From assembly GCA_011051925.1 (NCBI GenBank), contig DRKE01000239.1, positions 1 to 39,743 on the forward strand: a stretch of 39,743 nt of DNA. Direction: 5' to 3'. Numbering within the stretch: the stretch's first letter is position 1; each line of letters begins with the position of its first letter. Under the pieces are notes generated by a model that was not told where the DNA came from, did no database searches, and saw only the letters and a list, made by a program, of their open reading frames with translations. This DNA is from Deltaproteobacteria bacterium (lineage in GTDB: Bacteria; Myxococcota_A; UBA9160; UBA4427). A program made the position numbers and the translations under genes. This document shows positions 1-8,638 of the stretch, piece after piece.

Positions 1-1
1 C

Positions 2-1312
2 ATGCGGGCGGTCTCGGACTCCCAGGGCGAGCTGGCCGCGCTTCGTCGTGCCCTGGAACTGCAGGTCGACCAGGGGCAGGTGCTCGAGGCGATCGCGACA
101 TGCAAGGCGATCCTCGCGATCCTGCCCGGCGACGAGCAGACCCTGGAAACCCTCGATCTGCTCTACCTGAACGGCGCGCCTTCCGATCTCGGCACGTCTC
201 TCAGCGATGCTCGAGCGGAGGGGCACGAGGAAGAGGATGCCCCCCTCGACTCGTTGCTGTTGACCGAAGTCGTTCCCGGCGCGCAGTCGGTCCAGATGGC
301 GGATGCGCAGCCGGGGCGGATCAACGAGATCCCGATCGAACTGACCGAAGAGGCACCCGGCGAAGCCGTGATCGATCTACGGCTCGATCAACAACCGGTT
401 CCCGACAGTCCCGAAGATCTCGCGGCGGCGCAGGTGGTCTCCCTGCCGACTCCGCTCGACGCGGGCGCACGCAAGACCACGGTCGCCGGCGCGCGAGGCG
501 CGTCCCTGCGTCAGGAACTGGCGAATACACCGCTCTTCGGGGATCTCGACCCCGCCAGTCTGCATACGTTGATCCGTCGGATTCGCGTCGTGACGCTCGA
601 GGCAGGTCAGGTCCTGTTCCGCCAGGGAGATGCGGCCAACAGTCTCTACGTCATCGTCGAGGGCGCCGTCGTTCCGATCGCCGAAGGCGAGCGTCGGCGG
701 AAACTCGCCGTGCTCGAACGCGGCGAGTTCTTCGGGGAGATCGGGCTGATGGCGAAGCAGCCCCGGAACGCGACGATCGAAGCCATCGTTCCCACGAAGC
801 TGCTCGCGATCGATCGGCGGGTCTTGTGGGAGCTGATCGCGAAGGAGCCGTCGGTCGCGAAGAGCATCCTGCGATTCCTTCGCGCTCGACTGATCGATCG
901 CCAGATGCGGACCAACCCCTTCTTCGCCGCCTTCGCCCACGCCGAACGCGAAGCGGTCGCGCGCCAGTTCCGCATTCTCGAGGTGAAGGGTGGAACCCGG
1001 GTCGTGGAGCAGGGAAAGCCGCCCGATGGTCTCTTCGTCGTTCTTTCGGGCACGCTCGTGCAGATCGACCGGAAGAACGACAAGGAGGAGGGCGAACTCC
1101 ATTCGGGCGATGTCTTCGGCGGGCTCTCACTGCTCGACGACCGTCCCGCCCCCGCCGACGTCGTCACACGCGAGAAATGCTGGCTCGTCGTTCTCGGGGA
1201 AGGACGTTTCCGCCGCATTCTCGAGGCCAATCCCGCTCTCGCCCGCGTCGTTCGCCGCGTCTCGGGAGAGAAGCGGGTCGGAAAGCCCGAACCCCTCGTC
1301 AAGGGTCTGTAG
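2..1312 (+). CDS. cyclic nucleotide-binding domain protein (TPR-like helix, acidic linker, two cNMP-binding domains); probably 5'-truncated by the window edge
   Basis: LFRQGDAANSLYVIVEG..GEFFGEIGL..PRNATIEA and a second VVEQGKPPDGLFVVLSG..GDVFGGLSL..APADV; N-terminal EAIATCKAILAILPGD looks TPR-like. Confidence 0.85.
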   Translation: MRAVSDSQGELAALRRALELQVDQGQVLEAIATCKAILAILPGDEQTLETLDLLYLNGAPSDLGTSLSDARAEGHEEEDAPLDSLLLTEVVPGAQSVQMADAQPGRINEIPIELTEEAPGEAVIDLRLDQQPVPDSPEDLAAAQVVSLPTPLDAGARKTTVAGARGASLRQELANTPLFGDLDPASLHTLIRRIRVVTLEAGQVLFRQGDAANSLYVIVEGAVVPIAEGERRRKLAVLERGEFFGEIGLMAKQPRNATIEAIVPTKLLAIDRRVLWELIAKEPSVAKSILRFLRARLIDRQMRTNPFFAAFAHAEREAVARQFRILEVKGGTRVVEQGKPPDGLFVVLSGTLVQIDRKNDKEEGELHSGDVFGGLSLLDDRPAPADVVTREKCWLVVLGEGRFRRILEANPALARVVRRVSGEKRVGKPEPLVKGL

Positions 1313-3059
1313 GCCGCCTCTCTCCTTCGATCGTCCCGTTTCCCGAGTCGTTCCCCGTGCCGGCCGGGCCGGTTTTCGGCGACGGGATATAGGGCTCGGC
1401 CAATCCGATCTTGATCAACTGGCCCTTTCGGAGGCGGGTCGAAGCGTAGATTCCGTTCATCACGCCCGTATAGACCAGCTCCAGCTCATTGTTCGTTCGT
1501 TCGGAAAGCGCCTGGAGGGTCTCGTTCTCGAGCGCTCGGGCGATGCGGAGTCGGATCACCTTCAGCGAACGGACCCCGGCTTCGTCGAGCGGCCGGAAGC
1601 TATGGGCGAAAGCCCTGCCCCTTCCCCGGTACTTGCTGACGGCACCGGCGAGGCTCACGAGGGAGAGTCGGTAGACGAGTCCGTCATACTCGACGAAGGT
1701 CATCTGGACCCAGAGACCGACCAGTCCGTTCGTCGCGCGTCCTTCGATCCGGACGGCGGGAAGCCCTCCGATCCTGATCTTGCGACGATCGCGGACGCGG
1801 ACGCGTGTTCCGTCGACTTCGTTCTCGATGAATTCATCGACGACCTTGTCGATGTCGGGGCCCTTGCCTTCGACGGTGAGTGTCGCCTCGGCATCGCGTG
1901 CGGGTGCCAGGGCAGCGACCGCCTGCTGGCTGTTCATCGTCGTCCAGCCGTGCGGAAAACGAATGGAGAAGCGGAGGTCGGGGTGGATGAACCGGTCGCC
2001 TTCGAAGAGCCCGCCCGCCGGATTGTCTCCCAGGATCAGACCGTCGATCACGCTGAAATAACCCATGGGAAGGACGTCGGCGATGGCCGGCACGCGTTCC
2101 CATTCCAGGCCCGCAGCCCGTTCCGAGGCGAGGGCCGAACGTTCCGGGCTCGTCGGATGCGTGGCGAGGAAGCTGGGAAGTCGGGACCAGCCGATCTCAT
2201 AGCGATCCGAAGAGTCGAGTTTGCGGAGGAAATCGGCGATGCCCGCCGGGTCGTATCCCGCCTGCGCCGCCAGGATCTGGCCCCCTCGATCCGCATCCCG
2301 TTCCTGGTCCCGGCCGTAGGCGGCGATCGCCGCGGCCCGGATGAAGCCGATCGAGAAGGGATTGAGTCGGCGGGAGTAGTCGATCCGGGCGGCGGTGTGG
2401 CGTTCGGCAGCGTGGGTGATCTCGTGTCCGATGACACCGGCGAGTTCGTCTTCGGTCTGGATCAAGGCGAGCAGTCCGCGTGAAACGTAGATCTTGCCTC
2501 CCGGCAGGGCGAAGGCGTTCGGAGCGCTCTGGTCGACCACCTTGAATTCGTAGTCGAAGGGCTGGGGCGGAGCATGACGGAGTAGCCGGATGCCGACGCT
2601 CCGCACGTACCCGAGAAGTTCTTCGTCCTCGACCAGACCGAGTTCCGCTTCGATCTCGGCGGTCTGGTCCTCGCCGACCTTCCGATCGTCGTAGGCCGTG
2701 TCGAGCACGATCCGGCCCGATCCCGATCGGTCGTCCGGCTTCCTGTCGTGCGTGCCTTCCCGCCTTTCGCCCTCGTCTTCCCGCTCCCCCTCCCGGGAGT
2801 CGCCTTCCGGAGCGTCCTGCCCCCTCGCCGTCTTCCCGGTCTCCCCGTCTTCGGCCGTGGCCGGAGGACCGTCTCCCGAGTCGGGCCGGGTCCGATCGGA
2901 CCGGCTCGACGCGTCTGCATGCGCTTGTCGGGAAGGCGGTGAGGATGGCGACACGGTCGAACAAGCCACGACGAAGGCGAGGAGAATCGCGAAGGAGGGA
3001 AGTCTGGCGAGCAAGTTCTGGCCTTCATCCTTGGGCGGAGCGTAGGTCGAGTCTATCAT
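1299..3059 (-). CDS. M48 family zinc metalloprotease (BepA/YfgC-like), probable lipoprotein with C-terminal extension (LysM-like end)
   Basis: PNAFALPGG, ELAGVIGHEITH (HEXXH), QERDAD, FLATHP; hydrophobic stretch with lipobox-like FVVAC. Start is approximate; the ORF-track extension to 3395 overlaps gpmI. Confidence 0.88.
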   Translation of the reverse strand: MIDSTYAPPKDEGQNLLARLPSFAILLAFVVACSTVSPSSPPSRQAHADASSRSDRTRPDSGDGPPATAEDGETGKTARGQDAPEGDSREGEREDEGERREGTHDRKPDDRSGSGRIVLDTAYDDRKVGEDQTAEIEAELGLVEDEELLGYVRSVGIRLLRHAPPQPFDYEFKVVDQSAPNAFALPGGKIYVSRGLLALIQTEDELAGVIGHEITHAAERHTAARIDYSRRLNPFSIGFIRAAAIAAYGRDQERDADRGGQILAAQAGYDPAGIADFLRKLDSSDRYEIGWSRLPSFLATHPTSPERSALASERAAGLEWERVPAIADVLPMGYFSVIDGLILGDNPAGGLFEGDRFIHPDLRFSIRFPHGWTTMNSQQAVAALAPARDAEATLTVEGKGPDIDKVVDEFIENEVDGTRVRVRDRRKIRIGGLPAVRIEGRATNGLVGLWVQMTFVEYDGLVYRLSLVSLAGAVSKYRGRGRAFAHSFRPLDEAGVRSLKVIRLRIARALENETLQALSERTNNELELVYTGVMNGIYASTRLRKGQLIKIGLAEPYIPSPKTGPAGTGNDSGNGTIEGERRPTDP

Positions 3060-3153
3060 CCGGCCGGATTTCCGGCCGCGAAGAAGCCGGCATCCGCAAT
3101 CTCCGATGGGGCTTCTCCCATGGGACATGCCGTGGGGTGGAAACGGGCAGACG

Positions 3154-4827
3154 ATGGCTGAATGGACGCTCGAAAAGAACAAGCGGTTCCCCGGCGTGCC
3201 GGGTCCGGTCGTCATCTGCGTGATGGACGGGGTCGGGCACGGTCGGCGGGATGAGTCGGACGCGGTCTGGCTCGCTCGTACGCCGACCCTCGATCGGCTC
3301 GCCGAGACCGTTCCGAGTCTCGAGCTGCGTGCCCACGGCAAGGCCGTCGGCATGCCGAGTGACGACGACATGGGAAACAGCGAGGTCGGCCACAATGCGA
3401 TCGGTGCCGGTCGGATCTTCGATCAGGGTGCGAAACTCGTCGCGAAGGCGATTGCGGAGGGGTCGATCTTCGAAGGCCCCAAGGCGGGTGTCTGGCAGGA
3501 AGTGACCGATCACGTCCGTGAGCGGAGGTCGACGCTCCATTTCATGGGGCTCCTGTCGGATGGCAACGTGCATAGCCACATCGATCATCTCTTCGCGATG
3601 CTGCGTCGCGCCGATCACGAATCGATCTCCCGAGTACGGGTCCATGTCCTGCTGGACGGACGGGACGTTCCCGAGACGAGCGCCCTCGGCTACGTCGACG
3701 CCCTCGAGGAATTGCTCGAGACGATCTCCGCGAAACCCGATCGCGACTATCGGATCGCGTCGGGAGGCGGGCGCATGACGACGACCATGGATCGCTACGG
3801 GGCGGATTGGGGCATGGTCGAGCGCGGTTGGCAAACCCATGTGCGCGGCGAAGGACGAGGGTTCCGTTCCTGTCGTGAAGCGATCGAAACGCTCCGGGAG
3901 GAGCATCCCGGGATCGGGGACCAGATGCTTCCGCCTTTCGTGATCGTGTCGAGTGACGGCAAGCCAGTCGGTCCGATCGTCGACGATGACGCCGTCGTCT
4001 TCTTCAACTTTCGAGGCGACCGCGCGATCGAGATCACACAGGCCTTCGAGCTCGATGATTTCCAGGCTTTCGATCGGGGGCCCCGGCCGAAGGTCCTCTA
4101 TGTCGGGATGATGGAATACGACGGGGATCTCCATCTGCCGTCGAAATATCTCGTGGCACCGCCGGCGATCGAACGGACGCTTGGCGAGTACCTCGCACGT
4201 GCGGGGCTGCCGCAACTCGCGATCGCCGAGACCCAGAAATTCGGCCACGTCACCTATTTCTGGAATGGCAATCGCAGCGGGAAATTCGACGAGAAGACCG
4301 AGACCTACATCGAGATTCCGTCCGATGACCGTCCCTTCGAGGAGCGGCCCTGGATGAAGGTCGCCGAAGTGACCGATCGGCTGGTCGACGAGCTTCGAAC
4401 CGGCCGCTACCGACACGCGCGGGTCAACTTCGCGAACGGCGACATGGTCGGGCATACCGGCCATCTGATCGCGGCGATCCAGGCGGTCGAGGCGGTCGAT
4501 CTCCAGATCGCTCGACTCCTGCCGGTCATCGAGAAGGCGCAGGGGGCGCTGATCGTCACGGCGGACCACGGCAACGCGGATTGCATGGTCGAGATCGACA
4601 AGAAGACCGGAAAGCCCGTCACCGGGCCGGACGGACACGTTCGGCCGAAGACGAGCCATACACTCAATCCGGTTCCATTCCATCTCTTCGCGCCCGGAAC
4701 GGAGATCCGGCTCGTCCCGCAGTCGACGCATCCCGGTCTCGCCAACCTCGCGGCGACGATCCTGGATCTGCTCGGCTTCATTCCTCCCGACGACTATGAA
4801 CCGAGCCTGATCGAGAACGCCTCGTGA
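3154..4827 (+). CDS. gpmI: 2,3-bisphosphoglycerate-independent phosphoglycerate mutase
   Basis: MDGVG, DMGNSEVGHNAIGAGR, LSDGNVHSH, LDGRD, FNFRGDRA, ETQKFGHVTYFWNG, NGDMVGHTG, TADHGN, TSHT. Confidence 0.96.
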   Translation: MAEWTLEKNKRFPGVPGPVVICVMDGVGHGRRDESDAVWLARTPTLDRLAETVPSLELRAHGKAVGMPSDDDMGNSEVGHNAIGAGRIFDQGAKLVAKAIAEGSIFEGPKAGVWQEVTDHVRERRSTLHFMGLLSDGNVHSHIDHLFAMLRRADHESISRVRVHVLLDGRDVPETSALGYVDALEELLETISAKPDRDYRIASGGGRMTTTMDRYGADWGMVERGWQTHVRGEGRGFRSCREAIETLREEHPGIGDQMLPPFVIVSSDGKPVGPIVDDDAVVFFNFRGDRAIEITQAFELDDFQAFDRGPRPKVLYVGMMEYDGDLHLPSKYLVAPPAIERTLGEYLARAGLPQLAIAETQKFGHVTYFWNGNRSGKFDEKTETYIEIPSDDRPFEERPWMKVAEVTDRLVDELRTGRYRHARVNFANGDMVGHTGHLIAAIQAVEAVDLQIARLLPVIEKAQGALIVTADHGNADCMVEIDKKTGKPVTGPDGHVRPKTSHTLNPVPFHLFAPGTEIRLVPQSTHPGLANLAATILDLLGFIPPDDYEPSLIENAS

Positions 4828-4831
4828 TGCC

Positions 4832-5386
4832 TCAGAACGAGTGGGCCATCTTCTGCATCAGTCTGACGAACTGTGTCTGTTCCTCGTCGGACAGGACTTC
4901 CTGGATGTGCTCGGTGAAGCTTTCCATCCCCTCGCGATAGCGCAGCAGCGCGTCGAGCGCGCTCGGCGTCGCCTCGAGGATGACCGAGCGGCGATCTTCG
5001 GGATTCGGTCGCCGCTTCACGAGGTGCCGCGCCTGGAGTCGATCCACGATCGCGGTCATCGTGCTGCGGGGCAGGCCGAGGTCGGCGACGAGGCTCTTGA
5101 CGCTGGTCGGACCGGACGCGCTGAGAAGCGCCACGAGGTCGAGTTCGCGTCCCGACAGCCCGGTCGAGGACTCGAGATCCACGCCGCGAAGTCGAAGCCG
5201 AAGCGTGACCTGGACCAGGAGCTCGAGCAGCACCCGGCGTCGATCGGCACGATCGTCCGGGGAAGGGGCATCCGCTTGCGTGATCGATCCGGACGGGTTG
5301 GGGGTGGGGGAGGGAGCGCTCCGTCCGGCAGTGTCGCTGGACTCCGGGGAAGCGTCATGGTTCTGGAGGAGGGTTTCGTGCGCCAT
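4832..5386 (-). CDS. MarR family transcriptional regulator
   Basis: GLSGRELDLVALL..SVKSLVADLGLPRSTMTAIVDRLQARHLVKRRPNPEDRRSVILEAT winged HTH with DRR motif. Confidence 0.92.
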   Translation of the reverse strand: MAHETLLQNHDASPESSDTAGRSAPSPTPNPSGSITQADAPSPDDRADRRRVLLELLVQVTLRLRLRGVDLESSTGLSGRELDLVALLSASGPTSVKSLVADLGLPRSTMTAIVDRLQARHLVKRRPNPEDRRSVILEATPSALDALLRYREGMESFTEHIQEVLSDEEQTQFVRLMQKMAHSF

Positions 5387-5600
5387 GCCCCGGACTACGG
5401 GGGAGACGGGGCGTATGGTTACCCGGGCACGAAAAAGAAGGATCGGAGCGCGGCGGTCGGTGCGGACGACCCGGGCGGGTCCCGACGTTGGCCGGACCGG
5501 AAGACAACCCGAGGGCGCGCCCTTCGGGGAACTGGTTGGCCGGCCCTCGAGCGCGGGTGGGCCGGGGAGGGAAGCCGGGGCGACGATGGGCCGCGGGTTG

Positions 5601-5629
5601 TTGAGTCGGTCACCGGGGCAGGGTATTTT
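5601..5629 (+). promoter_or_regulatory. putative sigma-70 promoter for the CoA-transferase gene
   Basis: TTGAGT (5601-5606), 17 nt spacer, TATTTT (5624-5629) in an otherwise GC-rich intergenic region. Confidence 0.5.
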
Positions 5630-5764
5630 GCGCGCGCCGAAATGCGACGGAACGTCGCTTCCTGTCGGGTTCGGTCGAGCGGGTCGACCGCTGAACCCGT
5701 CCCGAGCCGCAGGTGGACAGGAAACCGAGATCCGGAAGTAGAGAACGAGAGAAAGGAATCATCC

Positions 5765-7000
5765 ATGTCGGATTCCCGACCCGCGCCCCTGGCCAGCGTC
5801 CGCGTCATCGAGAGTTCCATGTTGGGTCCTGCCGGGATCACGACCCATCTGGCCGATCTCGGCGCCGACGTGATCAAGGTCGAGCCGCCGGCAGGAGACT
5901 ATATCCGTCAGATGACCTGGCCGATCATCGAGGGCACCTCCCTCATGCATCTCCATCTGAATCGGGGCAAGAAGAGCATCACCCTCGACCTCAAGAATCC
6001 CGAAGCCGTCTCGGTCTACAAGGAACTCGTGAAGACGGCCGATTGTGTCGTCGAGGCGATGCGCCCGGGTTCCCTCGCGCGGCGCGGGCTCGGCTATGAC
6101 GACCTGAAGAAGATCAATCCGAAGATCGTTTTCTGCAACATCTCGGGTTACGGGATGACGGGTCCCTACCAGAACCTTCCGGCCCATGGCATCGCCTTCG
6201 ACACCTGGGCGGGCATTATCAACCCGGCCTACGACGAAGAGGGTTTCTGCTACATCCCCGAGCATGCCTCGATCGGGATCCACGCCGGCCCCATCTTCGG
6301 TGCCTTCGGGATCCTGGCCGCGATCATCCGGGCACGGGAGACCGGCGAAGGGTCCTTCCTCGAGATCGGTCAATCGGATGCCGCCGCCTACATGGACTGG
6401 TATCGCTCGGAATCCTACATGGCCTATCGCCGTCCTGAAGACGTCGTCACGGGGAACGCCTCGGATGACTACGAGCGCCGCGCTGTCGGCACGAAAGGCA
6501 TGAAGGAAGGGGTCCGGTACCAGATGTACGACGCCAAGGACGGTGTCGTCCTGATCATGTGTTCTGAGCAGGCCTTCTGGAAGAACTTCTGCGAAGCCGT
6601 CGGGCGGTCGGATCTCTTCGAGAAATGGCCCGGGTCGAAATATGCCGATCATGCACGGAACAATCGGGAACTCCAGGCGGAACTTCGTGAGATCTTCAAG
6701 ACGAAGACCTGCAAGGAGTGGATCGACCTCGGAAACGAGAAGAATTTCCCGATGGCGCCCGTCAATTCGCCCGAGAACATCGTAGACGATCCCCAGTTCA
6801 AGGACCGCTTCCCGCTCTATCCGCACGAGAAACACGGGGCCGACATGCTTCCCTTTCCCGTCCGATTCCCGGAAGAGTCGCTTCCGGAACCCGCGAAGGC
6901 GCCCGAAGTCGGGGAGCAGACGGTCAGCGTGCTGAACGAGGTCCTCGGATACGACGAGAAGAAGATCGACGAGCTGAAGGGCAAGGGTGTCTTCGGCTGA
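5765..7000 (+). CDS. CaiB/BaiF family (class III) CoA-transferase-fold protein; catalytic Asp apparently absent
   Basis: PLASVRVIE..LADLGADVIKVEPPAGDYIR, NRGKKSITLDLK, EAMRPG, ISGYGMTGPY, APEVGEQT; RBS AAAGGA before ATG 5765. Confidence 0.92.
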   Translation: MSDSRPAPLASVRVIESSMLGPAGITTHLADLGADVIKVEPPAGDYIRQMTWPIIEGTSLMHLHLNRGKKSITLDLKNPEAVSVYKELVKTADCVVEAMRPGSLARRGLGYDDLKKINPKIVFCNISGYGMTGPYQNLPAHGIAFDTWAGIINPAYDEEGFCYIPEHASIGIHAGPIFGAFGILAAIIRARETGEGSFLEIGQSDAAAYMDWYRSESYMAYRRPEDVVTGNASDDYERRAVGTKGMKEGVRYQMYDAKDGVVLIMCSEQAFWKNFCEAVGRSDLFEKWPGSKYADHARNNRELQAELREIFKTKTCKEWIDLGNEKNFPMAPVNSPENIVDDPQFKDRFPLYPHEKHGADMLPFPVRFPEESLPEPAKAPEVGEQTVSVLNEVLGYDEKKIDELKGKGVFG

Positions 7001-7592
7001 AGCGGTCGAGGCGGTCTTGGCATCGCTTCGCGAACTTCACGACGCGATCGACGCCCGCGCACGTGCCATCGCCCGGGTCCATGAGAAGCGCCTGTCCTGT
7101 CGGAAGGGTTGCTCGGCTTGCTGCCTCGACGGTCTGACCGTTCGTCAGGTCGAGGCAGAGCGGATCCGGCGGGCCCATTCCGATCTGCTCGAGCGCGGAG
7201 AGCCCCACTCCGAGGGTGGATGTGCCTTTCTCGACGGGGACGGGGCGTGTCGGATCCATGCGGACCGTCCCTCCGTCTGTCGGACACAGGGGCTTCCCCT
7301 TCGGATCCTCTTCGAGGACGACACGGGAGAGATCGTCGAACGTCGCGACATCTGTCCGCTCAACCTGGCGGGAGGTCCTCCTCTCGATCGATTGGCCGAG
7401 GATGCCTGCTGGTTGATCGGTCCCTTCGAACTCGAACTCGCCCGCCTCGACGAGGATCTCGCAGCGGTGATGGCGATCGTGGATGGGACCTCGGAAGAGA
7501 CGCGCTCCGTCGCTTCGGGAGACGGCGCCGGTTCGACCGGGAAAGGAGAGGTCCCGCGGATCGCGCTGCGCGATCTTTTTCGTCCGGGTTGA
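6987..7592 (+). CDS. YkgJ family cysteine cluster (Zn/Fe-chelating) protein
   Basis: CRKGCSACC..CAFL..CRIHADRPSVCR..CPLN; start overlaps the upstream stop. Confidence 0.85.
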   Translation: MSSAEAVEAVLASLRELHDAIDARARAIARVHEKRLSCRKGCSACCLDGLTVRQVEAERIRRAHSDLLERGEPHSEGGCAFLDGDGACRIHADRPSVCRTQGLPLRILFEDDTGEIVERRDICPLNLAGGPPLDRLAEDACWLIGPFELELARLDEDLAAVMAIVDGTSEETRSVASGDGAGSTGKGEVPRIALRDLFRPG

Positions 7593-7705
7593 AGGGACGG
7601 CGGCCCCGCCCCTTCCCGTCCTGATCTCCTGATCGCCCTCGCCGGTCCGCGTGATTTCATCCAGACGACGCGGCGGATCGCCGAGATCATCCACGATTGA
7701 GCGGT

Positions 7706-7993
7706 TCAGACCGCCAGCTTCGAACGGATCTCATCGAGCGAGAGTCCCGAGATCTCGAGGGTCTTTCTCTGCGAGGTCGCGCCCGAAACCACACGAACGG
7801 CTCGTCGCGACAGACCGAGTGCCCCGGCCAGGAGTTTCTCGACGGCCGAATTGGCCTTGCCCTTTTCCGGAGGCGCGACGACGCGGATCTTGAGGGATTC
7901 TTCGAGCCATCCCGCGATCTCGTCGCGGGATGCGCCGGGCACCACCTTCACGGTCAGTCGCGTGGAGAGGATCCGCCGCGAGGAGGTCGTCAT
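7706..7993 (-). CDS. DUF167 / YggU family protein
   Basis: VKVVPGASRDEI..LKIRVVAPPEKGKANSAV..VVSGATSQRK. Confidence 0.92.
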   Translation of the reverse strand: MTTSSRRILSTRLTVKVVPGASRDEIAGWLEESLKIRVVAPPEKGKANSAVEKLLAGALGLSRRAVRVVSGATSQRKTLEISGLSLDEIRSKLAV

Positions 7994-8424
7994 CGCTCCA
8001 TTCGGACGTTCGCTTCGTGCCCGCTCGCCGAGGGTCCCGAAGCGTCATCCCGGGTTGCCCACCAGGCCCAGGCGATGAAGAGGAACTGGAAGGGAAGGCG
8101 GACGTAGAGCTTCGTCGGGGTCAGCTCGGGGAAGAGTTCCGGATTCATCGCCATGTAGAGATTGGCCGGAAAGACGGCGATCAGCAGCGCGACGAGTCCC
8201 CATCCTGCCAGGGAACGGACCCGCGGAATCAGCACGCCGATCCCGCCCGCGATCTCGAAAAGGCCGCTCACGTAGACGATCATCAGGGGGTCGGGCAGGG
8301 CGGGCGGCACGATCGCCGTGAAGAAATCGGGGTTCGCGAAATGCTGGATCCCCGCGAAGAGGAAGAACGCGGAGAGGGCGAAGAGGGCGATCCGTTTGAC
8401 GCGGGATCGGGGGAGTTCGAGCAA
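7990..8424 (-). CDS. DoxX-like membrane protein
   Basis: AGIQHF..IVPPALP..SGLFEIAGG..AVFPANLYMA..RLPFQ; AAGGAG RBS before TTG; ATGA overlap with the DUF167 gene. Confidence 0.85.
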   Translation of the reverse strand: MLELPRSRVKRIALFALSAFFLFAGIQHFANPDFFTAIVPPALPDPLMIVYVSGLFEIAGGIGVLIPRVRSLAGWGLVALLIAVFPANLYMAMNPELFPELTPTKLYVRLPFQFLFIAWAWWATRDDASGPSASGHEANVRMER

Positions 8425-8564
8425 GGGGCGGGCTCCTTGGGGATGGCTGACCCCACGAGTCTAGAGGGTCTCCCGGATCGTGACATCCTCGGGGACGGGA
8501 ACCTTCCCGACGTGCGCTTCGTCGGGAGAAACCCCGAGCAGCTCGCTTGCAGCGCCGGCCCTGC

Positions 8565-8591
8565 TCAAGGTTCGGGGCGCCTCGCCGATCG
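8565..8591 (+). promoter_or_regulatory. putative sigma-28 (FliA-type) promoter upstream of the HDOD gene
   Basis: TCAAGGTT-N11-GCCGATCG versus consensus TAAAGTTT-N11-GCCGATAA. Confidence 0.5.
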
Positions 8592-8638
8592 CAACCGGGT
8601 AGGTCCCGTTTTTCGAGGGATACGAAGGGAATTCCGAT

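Noticed and set aside
4841..5764. Apparent N-terminal extension of the CoA-transferase (719-aa ORF); similar extensions on the M48, PilZ, sialidase, Rieske, DUF2855, LLM and Ddn ORFs
   Set aside because: The extensions overlap opposite-strand genes or promoters, and better starts lie downstream, most with an RBS
8488..8538. Nested hairpin CTCGGGG/CCCCGAG and TCCCGACG/CGTCGGGA between divergent genes
   Set aside because: Short GC-rich stems are expected by chance, and it matches no riboswitch I recognise
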